Below are positions 30,788 through 44,214 of a stretch of 64,000 nucleotides of DNA, one piece after another. The stretch spans positions 868,001-932,000 of the forward strand of contig JAIVFI010000003.1 of NCBI GenBank assembly GCA_025558095.1. The letters are read 5' to 3'. Source of the DNA: Hyaloraphidium curvatum SAG 235-1. Taxonomy: Eukaryota; Fungi; Monoblepharomycota. The notes under the pieces are model-generated. The model did not search any database. It was not told the origin of the DNA and saw only the letters and a list, made by a program, of their open reading frames with translations. The position numbers and the translations under genes are program-made. Numbering within the stretch: position 1 is the first letter of the stretch; each line of letters opens with the position of its first letter.

Positions 30788-32149
30788 TCATTCTCGTTCG
30801 ACCTGCACAACGCAGACCTCGTCGAACCAGCTCCAACCTTCGGAACCATCTCCGCGACCTTGGCAGCTGCTTTCGCACGTGTAGACGAGCACGGTGCCGA
30901 AGTCCATCCCCGCGTCGATCCCCCTGGGGTTCACAGGCGCCTGCTTCCCCTTCCCCTTCCCCTTCCCCTCCGGCTTCGAATCCGCAGAGATCGAGGTGTG
31001 GTCCATCATCCGCAGCGTGGTAAGCACCGAGGGCATGACTTGGAACTCGTACGCGCGCTTTCCGCCGCACCGCGGACACCGAGGCACGGAGGCTGGTGCG
31101 ACCGGTTCAGAAAAGAACGTCGGCTCGCCTTCGTACCGCAAGGCCTGCTCCGGGGCGCGCTCGACGACCTTCTGGAAGGTGCGGAAGATCTTGCTCATCC
31201 CCTTGGGGTAAACTGCCTTTTCGTACTCTTCGGGTCCGAGCTTGCCGTCCACGTCGGGTAGATCTAGGTCGGCGGCGGACGCCTCGGCGAGATCCATCGC
31301 TTGTGGAGCATCCTTTGGCCGATTCTCTTCGGATGCATAGTCGTAGTCCCAGTCGAGAGCAAAGCAAGGCAGAGACGGAAGCGTTGACCACGCTTGCTCC
31401 GCAACGGCGGTGTCCTCGACAGCTTCCTCGGTCGGCAGAACAGATGCCACCGAGGCACCAAAAACTTTGTGATCCTGCTTCGCCGCACCGTTTGCCGAGG
31501 CGGTGCCCGCTGCTTGTGCGTATGACGGCCGCTGTTTGCCAGCAGCCGAGGCCTGTTTCTGCTTCTGTTCCCGCAGGGAAAGCAAGGCGTCCAGATCGTC
31601 CTCCAGTCCAGTAGCAGAGGCTTTGCCAAAAGCCGTCAATGGCTTTGAACCGAAGCCTCCCTCTTCGTCATCGCTGTCCTGGCCGCCGAATGCTGGAACT
31701 CCAAACTCCGCTGGAGCTACCTTTACGGGCACTTCAGGCTTGCTGAACTCCTTTGCAGAAAGATCCGGCACGGCCGCATCGTGTGCCTGTCCTTCTTCGT
31801 CGGGTTTTGGCGTCGAAACGTCCCGGTTGCTTGCCGCGGGTCCTTTCCGGTCTGCTGTCGGCCTCTTCTGACACCTCAGAGCCCGCACACTGCCGTCCTT
31901 GCCGCTGCACGCCCCGGAATTGCAGCCAAACACAAACATGCAGCGCCCTTCGGCCCCGGTCATGGGCGCTTCGAACTGGCAGACCAGGTTCCACATGTCA
32001 GACCTCCCGCACGCTCCACAGCGGGCAAGCGACGAGGGCGGGAAAGATCCCGGGGCCGAGGGGAAGGAAGCGGAGCCTCCAAACTTCGAAAGCTCTTTGG
32101 CATTGCTCTCCAGCGGGTCTCCCGCAAAGGCAAGCTGCGAGGTCTCCAT
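30788..32149 (-). CDS. TSR4: PDCD2-like / Tsr4 ribosomal protein chaperone
   Basis: SKFGG..CGAC..LVCQFEAP..R.MFVFGC; FQKVVERAPEQALRY; PRCPRCGGKRAYEFQVMP; MDFGTVLVYTCESSC. Confidence 0.85.
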   Translation of the reverse strand: METSQLAFAGDPLESNAKELSKFGGSASFPSAPGSFPPSSLARCGACGRSDMWNLVCQFEAPMTGAEGRCMFVFGCNSGACSGKDGSVRALRCQKRPTADRKGPAASNRDVSTPKPDEEGQAHDAAVPDLSAKEFSKPEVPVKVAPAEFGVPAFGGQDSDDEEGGFGSKPLTAFGKASATGLEDDLDALLSLREQKQKQASAAGKQRPSYAQAAGTASANGAAKQDHKVFGASVASVLPTEEAVEDTAVAEQAWSTLPSLPCFALDWDYDYASEENRPKDAPQAMDLAEASAADLDLPDVDGKLGPEEYEKAVYPKGMSKIFRTFQKVVERAPEQALRYEGEPTFFSEPVAPASVPRCPRCGGKRAYEFQVMPSVLTTLRMMDHTSISADSKPEGKGKGKGKQAPVNPRGIDAGMDFGTVLVYTCESSCQGRGDGSEGWSWFDEVCVVQVERE

Positions 32150-32236
32150 TGCCGGCCAGTTCCAGTATTTACGTTTGTTTGGTCGGTCTTCCGTAGTCAC
32201 CTGTCCTGTGTATCCGGGCATCGCGTCACGCGCACG

Positions 32237-33449
32237 ATGTCCGTGTCGCTCATCCGGCGATCGCTGCTGATGGGGGCGCGGCGGCTTGCCACGGTCGCCG
32301 CTCAGCAGCCGCTGGAGGAGCCGCCGGAGCAGCCCGGCCCGGGCGACGCCTGGCCGCCCGAGCCGGAGCCGCAGTTCGAGAACGCGATGCTGCCGACGTC
32401 GCCCTCGACGCGCATGTCGCGGCTTGAGTTCCACTACCTGAACACGCTGCGGGAGGACATGATGATCCTGCAGTACGACCACGCGTCGCGCATCGTGAGG
32501 AACATCGACACGAACCCGGAGTGGATCCACGGCATAAAGGCGCCGGACGACATGTTGTCCAAGCTCTTTTCGGTGCAGAACCCGATCCGGCGCGACAGGG
32601 TGCCCGGCGGCGGCATCAAGCGATACGGTGGGCCTCTTCCAATGCGGCGTCATACCGTCCGTTGACGCCCTCCTCGCAGGCCCGCCGATGCCCACGTCGC
32701 GCCCGCTTTTCCTCTCCGTGCCGATGAAGCGGCCATTTTTAAACCCGATCGACTACAGCTCGCACAAGCCGGGCCGGGAATGGCGCATCCTCCCCACCGA
32801 CCCCTTCCCCTATGCGCCCCTCGCCTCTCGGCTGCCCAAGATCGAGTCCATCACCCTCTACTGCTTCCCCAAACTCGCGAGCCAGAACAAAATGTCGGTG
32901 CTGCACGCCATCATGGCCCTGCAGAGCATCTCGGGCTGCAAGGCCGAGCCGTATTTTGCCGCGCACAGCGACGCCGCCCTGGGCATCAAGGCCGGCCACG
33001 TCGCTGGCGCGGTTTCGACCATCGAGGAGGGCGACCGGATGTGGAGCTTCCTGGACCGCTTCGTGAACTGCGTGCTCCCGCGCGTGCGCGAGTGGGAGGG
33101 GTACAACGGTCGGCAGGCGTGGAAGGACAATGGCGAGATCCGCCTGCACCTGGATGCCCAGGCCGTCGGCTACTTCCCGGAGATCGAACCGTACTTCGAC
33201 CAGTACCCGCAGCTCCACGACATGGAGATCTCGTTCCAGACGACGGCCAAGTTCCGCAACGAGGCCATCTCACTGCTGAGCGGGTTCCAGATCCCCTTCC
33301 TGGACAGGGAGACGGAGCTGGCCACGCTGGAGCAGGCCAAGAAGGCGGCGGAGTCGAAGGATCCGTTTGCAAAGTTCCGCACCAAGAAGCGACAGGCGGG
33401 GATCAACGCGCGCGGCACGGCGAGCGTGACCAGGGCCAAGCGGAAGTGA
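32237..33449 (+). CDS. MRPL7: Mitochondrial ribosomal protein uL5m (1 intron)
   Basis: Presequence; SRLEFHYLNTLREDMMILQYDH; LPKIESI; ALQSISG; FLDRFVNCVLPRVREWEG; FPEIE; LLSGFQIPF. Confidence 0.88.
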
Positions 33450-33556
33450 GATATAGATGCAGATGCTTGATGCCTCGAGATATACGACGATTCTTTTCAA
33501 CAGTGTGTCTCGAGTCACTGCCGCGACTCAGCCCACTCTCGCTTGCGCGCACAAAT

Positions 33557-34781
33557 ATGGCTCCAGTCACCGCAGAATCCTCGAAGCCGGTCCGATGGGG
33601 CGCCGCGCAGGTTCCCCCGGTGCCCTTCGAGTCGATTCCGAGGAGCGTCTCGGGCCCCGCCGTCTGGTCCGGGCAGGAGATGGAGAAGGACCCCTCGCTG
33701 TGGAGCTCCAACCTCACCCCCGAGGAGGTCGACGAGGTGTCCAAGGCCGCGGACGCGTACCTCGCATCGGGAAAGGAGCTCAAGGACATCGCGGAGGCGG
33801 ACTTTCCGCTGCCGACGCTGGGGAAGAAGCTCGCGGGTATCAGGAAGGAGCTGTTGGAAGGCAGAGGATTCTTCGTGCTCAAGGGCCTGCCGGTCACGGA
33901 ATGGGAGCGGGAGAAGCAGATTGCGGCGTACATGGGGATCCTGAGCTCGTTTGGAGACTTTCTGCACCAGAATGGCAAGGGGCACATCTTGGGCCACATC
34001 AAGAGCCTGGGTGTGACGTTCGACGCCAAGACTGCGCCTTCCGTGCGCCTGTACCAGACGGCGCAGCGCCAGTTCTTCCACAGCGACAGCTGCGACATCG
34101 TCACGCTCCTGTGTCTCCAGGTTGGCCTCTTGCGCAGCGGCTTCTGACCGGACGGGACTCATGCGTCGATCCAGGTCTCTGAAAAGGGCGGCGAGTCCAT
34201 GCTCACCTCCGTCGGACAGTTCTACAACTCGCTGAGGGAGCAGTACCCGGACGAGCTCGTCAAGATCCTCTTCGAGCCTTTCTACCGTGACAAGAAGGGC
34301 GAGATCGGCCCCAACGACGCCCCCTTCGAGCTGTCGGCTCCGCTTTCATACTTTGATGGACGGCAGATTGTTCGCTACGACCGCAACTTCATCCGGACGG
34401 CGCAGCGACACCCTGGCGTGCCCCCGCTGACCCCGGAGCAGGAGCGGGCGTTGGATGCCTTGGACAAGGCGGCGGAGGACAACGCGATGCACATGGTCCT
34501 CGAGGTGCGTCGGCAATGGGTTGCGGTTGAGAAGGCGCGCCTGACCGATCCGAATTCCGCAGGTCGGGGACCTGCAGTTCGTGCACAACCCCGGGCTGCT
34601 GCACGACAGGTTGGGGTTCACGGATACGCCTGAAAAGACGAGGCACCTGCTGCGGCTGTGGGTGTCCACCGGCGGGCTGGGAGGGTGGAAATTGCCTTGG
34701 GACCCCGAGGCCACGCAGCGTCCGCGCGGCGGATTCAAGGTGGAGGGGGTGCCGGACAAGGTGCCGCTGGTGGAGGAGTGA
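33557..34781 (+). CDS. TauD/TfdA (clavaminate synthase-like) Fe(II)/2-oxoglutarate dioxygenase, 2 introns
   Basis: GRGFFVLKGLP, FHSDSCDIVTLLCL (HxD), GDLQFVHN..LLHDR, RHLLRLW. Confidence 0.9.
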
Positions 34782-35472
34782 TGGATTTAGAATCCCGATG
34801 GATGGCTCCCTGCGGCGTCCCAGAGGCGATCTGGATGGCTTCCAGGGGGCGTCCCAGAGGCCATCTGGAGGCGCCCTGCACTTGATGATCTTGTTGCGTC
34901 TACAATCCACGTTCTCTGCCTGCAAAAACACTCTAGAATGCTACTTCAAACGTGCCCGATACTTTGCGCTGGGCGATCTGGAGTCCACCCTGCGACAAGG
35001 GATCGCAGGAGCGGAGGCGGAAATCGCAGTGGAGCGGGTTGATGACTTGTTTGGCGGCTCCGCGCATCCCGCGGGTCTAGATTGCAGCGAGATACACCTC
35101 CCCCGTCGCCTTCAAGGACCGGGAGAGGCCGAATCGGTGCGCATACGCGTCTCCGAGGCGGTCCCGAGGGTTGCTGACGGCGCCGCCCCGCCCCCGCTGC
35201 CCCGCGCCACCGTCCCGCCGCGGCGCGGCTATCTGGTGCCTGAACCTTGGCATCGCGCGCATCACGCCGCGGCCGCGCGCCGCCCGCCGTCGGTGCGTGT
35301 CGCGCCGGCTCACATCACTGTCCCGCCGCGTTTGCTGACCCGTCCCGCCGCGTGCGGCCACGCAGGACACTTTGTTGCGTCGCCACACCTGCGCGCCCCC
35401 CATCCCCCGAACCTCCACGCGCAGCTTGCCGCAGGAGACCGCCGTTGGGTCCCGTCGCCCGACATTCCCGCG

Positions 35473-38400
35473 ATGGGGGTGATCTCGGAGGAGGGCGTGC
35501 TGCCCGTGGGGGCCGCCGCCGAAGTGGACTATGACGACGAGAAGTTCGTCTCGTGGGCCGATGCGATCCCGCAGGCCGCCGGCCTGTACGACCCGCGCGA
35601 GGAGCGCGACGCGTGCGGCGTCGGCTTCCTGGTGCACATCAAGGGCCAGCCGTCGCACAAGATCCTGGCCGAGGGCAAATTCCTGCTCTGCAACATGACC
35701 CACCGCGGCGCCGTCGGCGCCGATGCCCGCGACGGCGACGGCGCAGGCGTCATGTGCGGCATCCCCCACGACTTCTTCGCCGCGCAGGTGGAGTCGGCCT
35801 TCCGCGTCAAGCTGCCCCCCAAGGGCCAGTACGCCGTGGGCAACCTGTACTTCAAGCCCGAGAAGTCGGTCCGCCAGGAGTGCAAGGAGAAGTTCGAGGA
35901 GATCGCCGAGTCGCTCGGCCTGACGGTCATGTGCTGGAGGCCCGTGCCGAGGGACAACAGCATCCTCGGCCCCGCTTCCAAGTCGAAGGAGCCCGTCATC
36001 GAGCAGCCCTTCGTCTGCGTGGCCAACCAGGACCCCAACGGCGAGTTCGACTACGCCAAGTTCGAGCACACGCTGTACCTGCTGCGCAAGCAGTCCATCC
36101 ACGCCATCGGCTTCAAGAAGTGGTTCTACATCTGCTCGCTCTCCAACAAGAACCTCATCTACAAGGGCCTGCTCGCCCCCGTCCAGGTCTACTCCTACTT
36201 CAAGGACCTGACGGAGCCCGAGTTCAAGACGCACTTTGCGCTCGTGCACTCGCGCTTCTCGACCAACACCTTCCCCTCGTGGGACCGTGCCCAGCCCATG
36301 CGGTGGTGCGCGCACAACGGTGGGCCTCCTTCAGCCGGCTTCCTCTCCCCTGCTGACGCGCCCGCCGCCTTCCAGGTGAAATCAACACCCTCCGCGGCAA
36401 CAAGAACTGGATGCGGGCGCGCGAGGGCGTCATGCACTCGGACTCGTTCCCCGGCCAGCTCATCAACAGCCTCTTCCCCATCATCGAGGAGGGCGGCTCG
36501 GACTCGGCGGCGTTCGACAACGTCCTCGAGCTCCTCACCATGTCGGGCGTCTTCTCGATGCCCCAGGCCGTGATGATGATGATCCCCGAGGCGTGGCAGG
36601 ACCACCCCGAGATGGAGGCCTACAAGCGGGAGTTCTACGAGTGGAGCGCGTGCCTGATGGAGCCCTGGGACGGCCCGGCGCTCATCACCTTCGCCGACGG
36701 GCGCTACGTGGGCGCCGTGCTGGACCGCAACGGTCTCCGCCCGGCCCGCTACTACGTCACGGACGAGGACATCATGATCTGCGCGTCGGAGGTCGGCACG
36801 GTCAAGATCGCCCCCGAGACGGTCACGGCCAAGGGCCGCCTGCAGCCCGGCAAGATGCTGCTCGTGGACACGGAGGAGGGCCGCATCGTCGACGACGCCG
36901 AGCTCAAGAAGCAGGTCGCCACCTCCAAGCCCTTTGGCGAGTGGATCACCAAGAACATGTTCTCGCTCGAGGACGTGGTCGAGTGGGCCAAGAGGTGGGC
37001 TTTTTTCAGCGATCCGAAGCCTCGGGTTCCTGACGCTCGTTCCGTCCAGGTCCGGCCGCTACAAGAACGCCGTCCTCGACCCGCACTCCGTCTCGCAGGA
37101 CCCCCGCATGCGCTGCTTCGGCTTCACCATCGAGCAGCTCAACATGCTGATCCAGCCCATGGTGCAGGACGGCAAGGAGGCGCTCGGGTCCATGGGCAAC
37201 GACCAGCCCCTGGCCTGCATGTCGCAGATGCCCAGGCTCATCTACGAGTACTTCAAGCAGCTCTTTGCGCAGGTGCGTTGGCTCCCGCGGACGTAGGCGG
37301 AAACGTCCGCTGACGCCGATCCGTTTGCGCAGGTCACGAACCCCCCGATCGACCCCATCCGCGAGGAGATCGTCATGTCGCTCGGCTGCTACGTCGGCCC
37401 CGAGGGCAACCTGCTCGAGATGTCGCCCGAGCAGTGCGCGCGCCTCTTCCTCCCCGCTCCCATCATGTCGGTCGAGGAGCTCAACGTGATCAAGCAGATG
37501 GAGCGCTTCAAGCCCGGGTGGAAGGTCGCCATGATCGACATCACCTTCCCGCGCAGCGAGGGCCGCGAGGGCTACCTGCTCTGCCTCGACCGCGTCTGCG
37601 CCGAGGTCTCGCGCGCCATCTCGGACGGGTACAAGATCGCCGTGCTCAGCGACGCCAACACCGGCCCCGAGCGCGTGCCCATCTCGGCGCTGATCGCCGT
37701 CGGCGGCGTGCACCACTACCTGGTGCGCAACAAGCAGCGCAGCCGGATCGCGCTCATGCTCGAGACGGCTGAGGCCCGCGAGGTGCACCACTTCTGCGTG
37801 CTCCTCGGATACGGTGCCGATGGAAGTGAGTTTCCCTCCAGGAGCGCCCTTGTGGACCGTGCTGATGCCTTTCCCTTCAGTCTGCCCGTACCTCGCTCTC
37901 GAGTCGATGACCAAGCTCCGCCGCGAGGGTCTCCTCCCCAACACCCTCACCGAGGAGAAGATCACGTACAACTACAAGAAGGCCGCCAACAACGGTATCC
38001 TCAAGGTAATGTCCAAGATGGGCATCTCGACCCTGCAGTCGTACAAGGGCGCGCAGATCTTTGAGGCCGTCGGCATCGACTCGAGCGTCATCTCGCGCTG
38101 CTTCGCCGGCACCGCCTCGCGCGTCAAGGGCGTGGGCTTCGACGTGCTCGCGCTCGACGCGCTGACGTACCACGAGTACGCGTGGCCGACCCGCGAGACC
38201 GTCATGGTCGACGCGCTGCCCGAGGCCTCGGACTACCACTGGCGCAGCGGCGGCGAGAACCACATGAACTCGCCCCTCTCGATCGCCAACCTGCAGGACG
38301 CCGTGCGCCGCAAGAACCAGGAGGCCTACGACGCCTACTCGCGCGAGGTCCTGGAGCAGGTCCGCAACAGCACCCTCAGGGGCATGCTCGACTTCAAGAC

Positions 38401-41400
38401 GGACCATGTCGTGCCCGTCTCGATCGACGAGGTCGAGCCGTGGACCGAGATCGTCAAGCGGTTCTGCACCGGCGCCATGTCGTACGGCTCCATCTCGTGG
38501 GAGGCGCACACGACGCTCGCCATGGCCATGAACAAGCTCGGCGGCAAGTCCAACACCGGCGAGGGCGGCGAGGACCCCGAGCGGTCCGCGTCGGTCGTCA
38601 ACGGATACAGGCTGCGCTCCGCTATCAAGCAGGTCGCCTCGGCCCGCTTCGGCGTGACCTCCTTCTACCTCGCGGACTCGGACGAGCTCCAGATCAAGAT
38701 GGCCCAGGGCGCCAAGCCCGGCGAGGGCGGTGAGCTGCCCGGCCACAAGGTGTCGGAAGACATCGGCAAGACCCGCAAGTCGACCCCCGGCGTCGGCCTC
38801 ATCTCGCCGCCCCCGCACCACGACATCTACTCGATCGAGGACCTGAAGCAGCTCATCTACGACCTCAAGTGCTCGAACCCGTCCGCCCGCGTTTCGGTCA
38901 AGCTCGTGTCGGAGGTCGGCGTCGGCATCGTCGCTTCGGGTGTCGCCAAGGCCAAGGCCGACCACATCCTCATCTCGGGCCACGACGGTGGCACCGGCGC
39001 CTCGCGCTGGACCGGCATCAAGTACGCCGGCCTACCGTGGGAGCTCGGCCTGGCCGAGACGCACCAGACGCTGGTGCTGAACGACCTCCGCGGGCGTGTT
39101 GTTGTCCAGACCGACGGCCAGCTCAAGAGCGGTCGCGACGTGGCCATTGCTTGCCTGCTCGGTGCCGAGGAGTGGGGTTTCGCCACCGCTCCTCTCATCG
39201 CCATGGGCTGCACCATGATGCGCAAGGTATGCCGGTCGTTGCCTTGGTTTCTTCTTTTGCTTACCAGCATTCCTCGTTCAGTGCCACCTCAACACCTGCC
39301 CCGTGGGTGTCGCCACGCAGGACCTCGAGCTGCGCAAGAAGTTTGCCGGCGAGCCCGAGCACGTCATCAACTTCTTCTACTACGTCGCCGAGGAGCTGCG
39401 CAAGGTCATGGCGTCGCTTGGCATGCGCACGATCAACGAGATGGTCGGCCGCACCGACCTGCTCGTGGTCAACCCGGCGCTCAAGAACCCCAAGACGCGC
39501 AACCTCGACCTCTCGCCCATCCTCGTGCCGGCCTTCTCGCTCCGCCCCAACGTTGCCACGTACAACGTCAGCAAGCAGAACCACCTGCTCGAGAAGCGCC
39601 TGGATAACAAGCTCATCGAGGCGGCCAAGCCGGCCCTCGAGAGCAAGAAGCCCGTCGTCATCGACGCCGAGGTCGTCAACACCGACCGTGCCCTCGGCAC
39701 CACGCTCTCGTACCACGTGGCCAAGACCTTCGGCGAGGACGGCCTGCCCGAGAACACCATCCACGTGATGCTCAAGGGCTCCGCCGGCCAGAGCATGGGC
39801 GCCTTCCTGTCCTCGGGCATCACGCTCGAGCTCGAGGGCGACGCCAACGACTACGTCGGCAAGGGTCTTTCGGGCGGTAAGATCGTCATCTACCCGCCCA
39901 AGGTCTCCAAGTTCAAGGCCGAGGAGAACATCATCGTCGGCAACGTGTGCCTGTACGGCGCAACCGGCGGCAAGGCCTTCTTCCGCGGCGTCGCCGCGGA
40001 GCGCTTCGCGGTGCGCAACTCGGGCGCCACCGCCGTCGTCGAGGGCGTCGGCGACCACGGCTGCGAGTACATGACCGGCGGCCGCGTCGTCATCCTCGGC
40101 GGCACGGGCCGCAACTTCGCGGCCGGCATGTCGGGCGGTATCACGTACGTCCTGGATGAGGACCGCACCTTCAAGAAGCGCTGCAACATGGAGATGGTCG
40201 AGCTGACCACCTTCGAGGACGACACCGAGGTCGCTTTCGTCAAGGGCCTCATCCAGGAGCACTTGGATCTGACTGGCTCCGAGGCCGCCAAGCGGGTGCT
40301 CGACAACTGGGCTCAGATGCAGGCCAAGTTCGTCAAGGTGTACCCCTCGGACTACAAGGCCGTCTTGGAGGCCAAGAAGAAGGCCGCTGCCAAGCCTGCG
40401 CCCGCCCCGGCCGAGGTCAAGAAGGCCGAGGTGAACGGCCAGGCCAACGGCCACAAGGAGGCCGCGCTGGGCGACATCGAGGAGTCGATGCCCGACGTCC
40501 AGGCGCTGAAGAAGCGCCAGGAGGTCATCGACAAGGTCAAGGGCTTCATGAAGTACAAGCGTGCGACGGACCCGTACCGCAACCCGCGCAAGCGCGTGAA
40601 GGACTGGAAGGAGATCAACGCACGTCTTGACGTGGACGACCTTCGTGTTCAGGCCGCTCGCTGCATGGGTTGGTGTTTCGTTACGTGGCGGCCTCCGATG
40701 GTTTGGTCTAACTCTGCGTTCCAGACTGCGGTGTGCCGTTCTGCCAGTCCGACACTGGGTGCCCCATCGGCAACATCATCCCCAAGTGGAACGACCTGGT
40801 CTTCAAGAACCAGTGGCAGGAGGCCCTGGAGCGCCTGCTCATGACCAACAACTTCCCGGAGTTCACGGGCCGTGTCTGCCCGGCTCCCTGCGAGGGTGCT
40901 TGCGTCCTCGGCATCAACGAGCCTCCGGTGTCGATCAAGTCGATCGAGGCCGCCATCATCGACCGCGCGTTCGAGGAGGGCTGGATCGTTCCCACGCCCC
41001 CCAAGTACCGTACCGGGAAGCGCATCGCCATCATCGGCTCGGGCCCCGCCGGTCTCGCCGCTGCGGACCAGCTCAACAAGGCCGGCCACAGCGTCACTGT
41101 CTACGACAGGAACGACCGCATCGGCGGGCTGCTCATGTACGGCATCCCCAACATGAAGCTGGACAAGCGCATCGTCCAGCGCCGCGTCGACCTCATGGCG
41201 GCGGAGGGCGTCGAGTTTGTTCCCAACGCGTACGTGGGCAAGAACGTTGACGGCCGCAAGCTCAAGGCGGAGAACGACGTCGTCCTGATCTGCACGGGCG
41301 CCACGTGGCCCCGCGACCTCAACATCCCCGGCCGCGAGCTCAACGGCATCCACTTTGCCATGGAGTTCCTGCAGAAGAACACCGCCAGCCTCCTGGACTC

Positions 41401-42243
41401 GGAGCTCACGGACGACAAGTACCTCAGCGCCAAGGACAAAGACGTCATCGTTATCGGTGGTGGTGACACGGGCTGCGACTGTATCGGCACGTCGATGCGT
41501 CACGGTGAGCAGCGGTCGCTGACGGATCCCTCAGTGGCCGTTCTAACCTGCTCGGTCTGCAGGCGCCAGGAGCGTGACCAACTTTGAGCTCCTTCCGCAG
41601 CCGCCCATGACTCGCGCTCCCGACAACCCGTGGCCCCAGTTCCCCCGCGTGTTCAAGGTCGACTACGGCCACGCCGAAGTCGCCGCGATCCACGGGCAGG
41701 ACCCCCGCGAGTTCTGCATCCTGTCCAAGGAGTTTGTCGGGGACGGGAACGGCAACCTTACGGGCGTCAACACGGTCCGCGTCGAGTGGACCAAGGACGA
41801 CCGCGGCGCGTGGCGGATGAAGGAGATACCCGGCAGCGAGAAGTTCTTCAAGGCTGACCTCATCCTGCTCTCGATGGGCTTCCTCGGCCCCGAGAACGAC
41901 CTGCTGAAGCAGCTCAACGTCAAGCAGGATGCGCGCACTAACATCGCTACCCCGAAGGGCAGCTACCGGACGTTCGTGGAGGGCGTGTTCGCCGCGGGAG
42001 GTGCGTTCCAGCCGGCCAGGTCGCCTTTCGTCCGTTGCTGACCGTGCGCACGCAGATTGCCGGAGAGGGCAGTCGCTCATCGTTTGGGGCATCAACGAGG
42101 GTCGCCAGGCGGCACGCGAGGTCGACATCTACCTGATGGGCAACACCCGGTTGCCCGTCACGGGAGGTATCGAGCAGCGGCCAGTCGAGTCCCTCGAGGT
42201 CATGAACCTCGTCGAGACCGACACGTCGAACAAGTCTCACTGA
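35473..42243 (+). CDS. GLT1: NADH-dependent glutamate synthase (GOGAT), multi-exon
   Basis: [96 protein letters not shown]. Confidence 0.98.
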
Positions 42244-42526
42244 AGCCAGACTTTTGGACATTGGACTGCTGACAAATCGACATTTGGAAGCGAGCGCCGC
42301 CAGAAGATCGGGGCTATGTGATCCTCAGAGACGGTAGACGGTGGCGCGGAGACGGTGGGGTGGGATCTCTAGTCTTTTCGTGGTGTTGTACACATCGGAT
42401 CAATGGGATCATTCGATGAAGCTCGCGTGCTATGATCATGATCAAGCTTGGGGTCGGACTGTTTGACAGGGCGGGGCTTGGTGACCGGCGCCAAGGAAGC
42501 AGCTCAGCACTCCTCTTCTTGAACCG

Positions 42527-43721
42527 ATGTCCTCGGGGGAGACTTGCAAAGAGGCCACGGTCGTGTTCTCGGCCTCCGTGTTGAGCAGCCTCATCTTCCA
42601 CGGTGCCGACGAGGAGTCGGAGGGGATCCTCTACGGAACAGCGTCTACGGCTTTTGCACGCGTCCTAACGGACGGTGCCGCCGGCGATGGCGTCGGGAGC
42701 AGCATAGCTGGTGCATCACACGACGGCGACGCGTCGCAGACGGCCGACGGGCTCACCGCGGACACCACGATCGGTGGGCCTTTGAGGCCGTTACCCTCCC
42801 CCGGCGAGCAGCTTACGCGACCCGAACCCATTCCTCTCGGCACCGAAACTTCCAGTGGTGACGCATGCAGCGCGTTTAGGGTCATCCTTGAGCTTCTATG
42901 ACCATTTGGGGCGGTTGAAGAACGAAAAATTGGCGGACGCGGCGACCGGCCGGGTGGGTGTGTCCTCGCGCTTATGGAGGAGATCGAAGCTGATTCTTTC
43001 CGCCGAACACCGCAGGTTGTTGGATTTTTCAGGTTTCGGCGACGTTTCCGGCCGCCTGCCGTTGTTTCCCTGCGAGAGAATGCCGTCTATGCCGCTCTGG
43101 CCAGCCGCCTTGTCCAACAGGCGGACGCGAAGCGCTCCAGCGGCGGTGCAGCGCCAATATTGTCGCGGGCAGGATCTTTGCCATCGGGAAACGCTGCGGC
43201 CGATGCCTCCGCGCGGGATTCCGCCCCAGTCTTCCTGCTCATCACCTCGTCGACCACGGATTCCAAATCTATCCACAACTTTGACTATGCCTGCTTTCGC
43301 AAGAGCTCCTCGTGGGTACAAGGCTATGGTTCGCAGCCAATTTGTGTCCTGATCCCGGCGCGGGCTTGGCAGTGACGCTCTTTCCCGGATATCGATATCG
43401 ATCGCAAACATCCACGCAACCCGTTCAGAGGATGCTTTCGCCTCGGTCCTGAGGTAGGTTGTTGCAAGCAGTGCAGGCTCGCACGTTCTGACGGGTCTCT
43501 CCAGATCGTCTGCTTTTCCTGCCTTGGAACGATCGATCTCTGCGGTTCAATACGCCGGTTTCGCGGACCAGCTTGAATCGGTCGCGAAGGCTTCCTTGGA
43601 GGGTTTGAAATCAGCGTCGAATGACCTGGCCAAGGTCCAGGAGGACTACTTGAGGCTCGTCGCATCCTTGGAAGCGATCAAGGCAAAGGGGCGGAAGGCG
43701 AAGAGGACCGAGGCCAGATGA
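42527..43721 (+). CDS. Abraxas/FAM175-like MPN- protein (BRISC/BRCA1-A scaffold family), multi-exon
   Basis: VLSSLIF..EGILYG, SFYD..G, VVGFFRFRR..SLRE, PVFLLIT..SIHNFDY and a C-terminal coiled coil. Confidence 0.65.
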
Positions 43722-44214
43722 CGTGCGGCTTGGGGACATATATACTCGCACATGGTCGTTGTTGGAGACTAGAATGTGGTCTTGTGGGTTTAATGGGGCG
43801 TATGTCCGTGCGTCAGACCGTCGCGGGGCGGAAGAGGGGGCTAGCCACTCTTCCCGGGTCGCTCGAATTCGCCTCCTTCCCCCCTCCCCCACGGAGCCCC
43901 CCGAGGCTCTCAAACCGTTCAGAGTGCGCATCTATTTGTCGCGCACCCGGCGCGGCCCGAGGATTTTCGGCGGCCGGGCCGGTGCGGGCGACAACTCGGT
44001 GTTCACACTGGCCTCCGCACGCGCCGCACAGGAGCTCTTAGTCTCGCGCACCGAGTGCAGCCCCCGAAATGCTTGTTTGGGAGGACAATGCTTCGTCGTG
44101 TGGGTGTCTCGGCTTCGGCCGGACGCTGCTGCTGTTCTCACCGAGCGGGACCAAACAGCCACCCTCCCGGACGGCGCGGACTCTAGGGTCCAGGTGATCT
44201 CGCCGTTCGCCACC

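Noticed and set aside
35077-41503. Long antisense ORFs (for example 35077-36315, 37877-38983, 39261-40454; also 1395-3719)
   Set aside because: Shadow frames caused by high GC3 codon bias of the real genes on the opposite strand.
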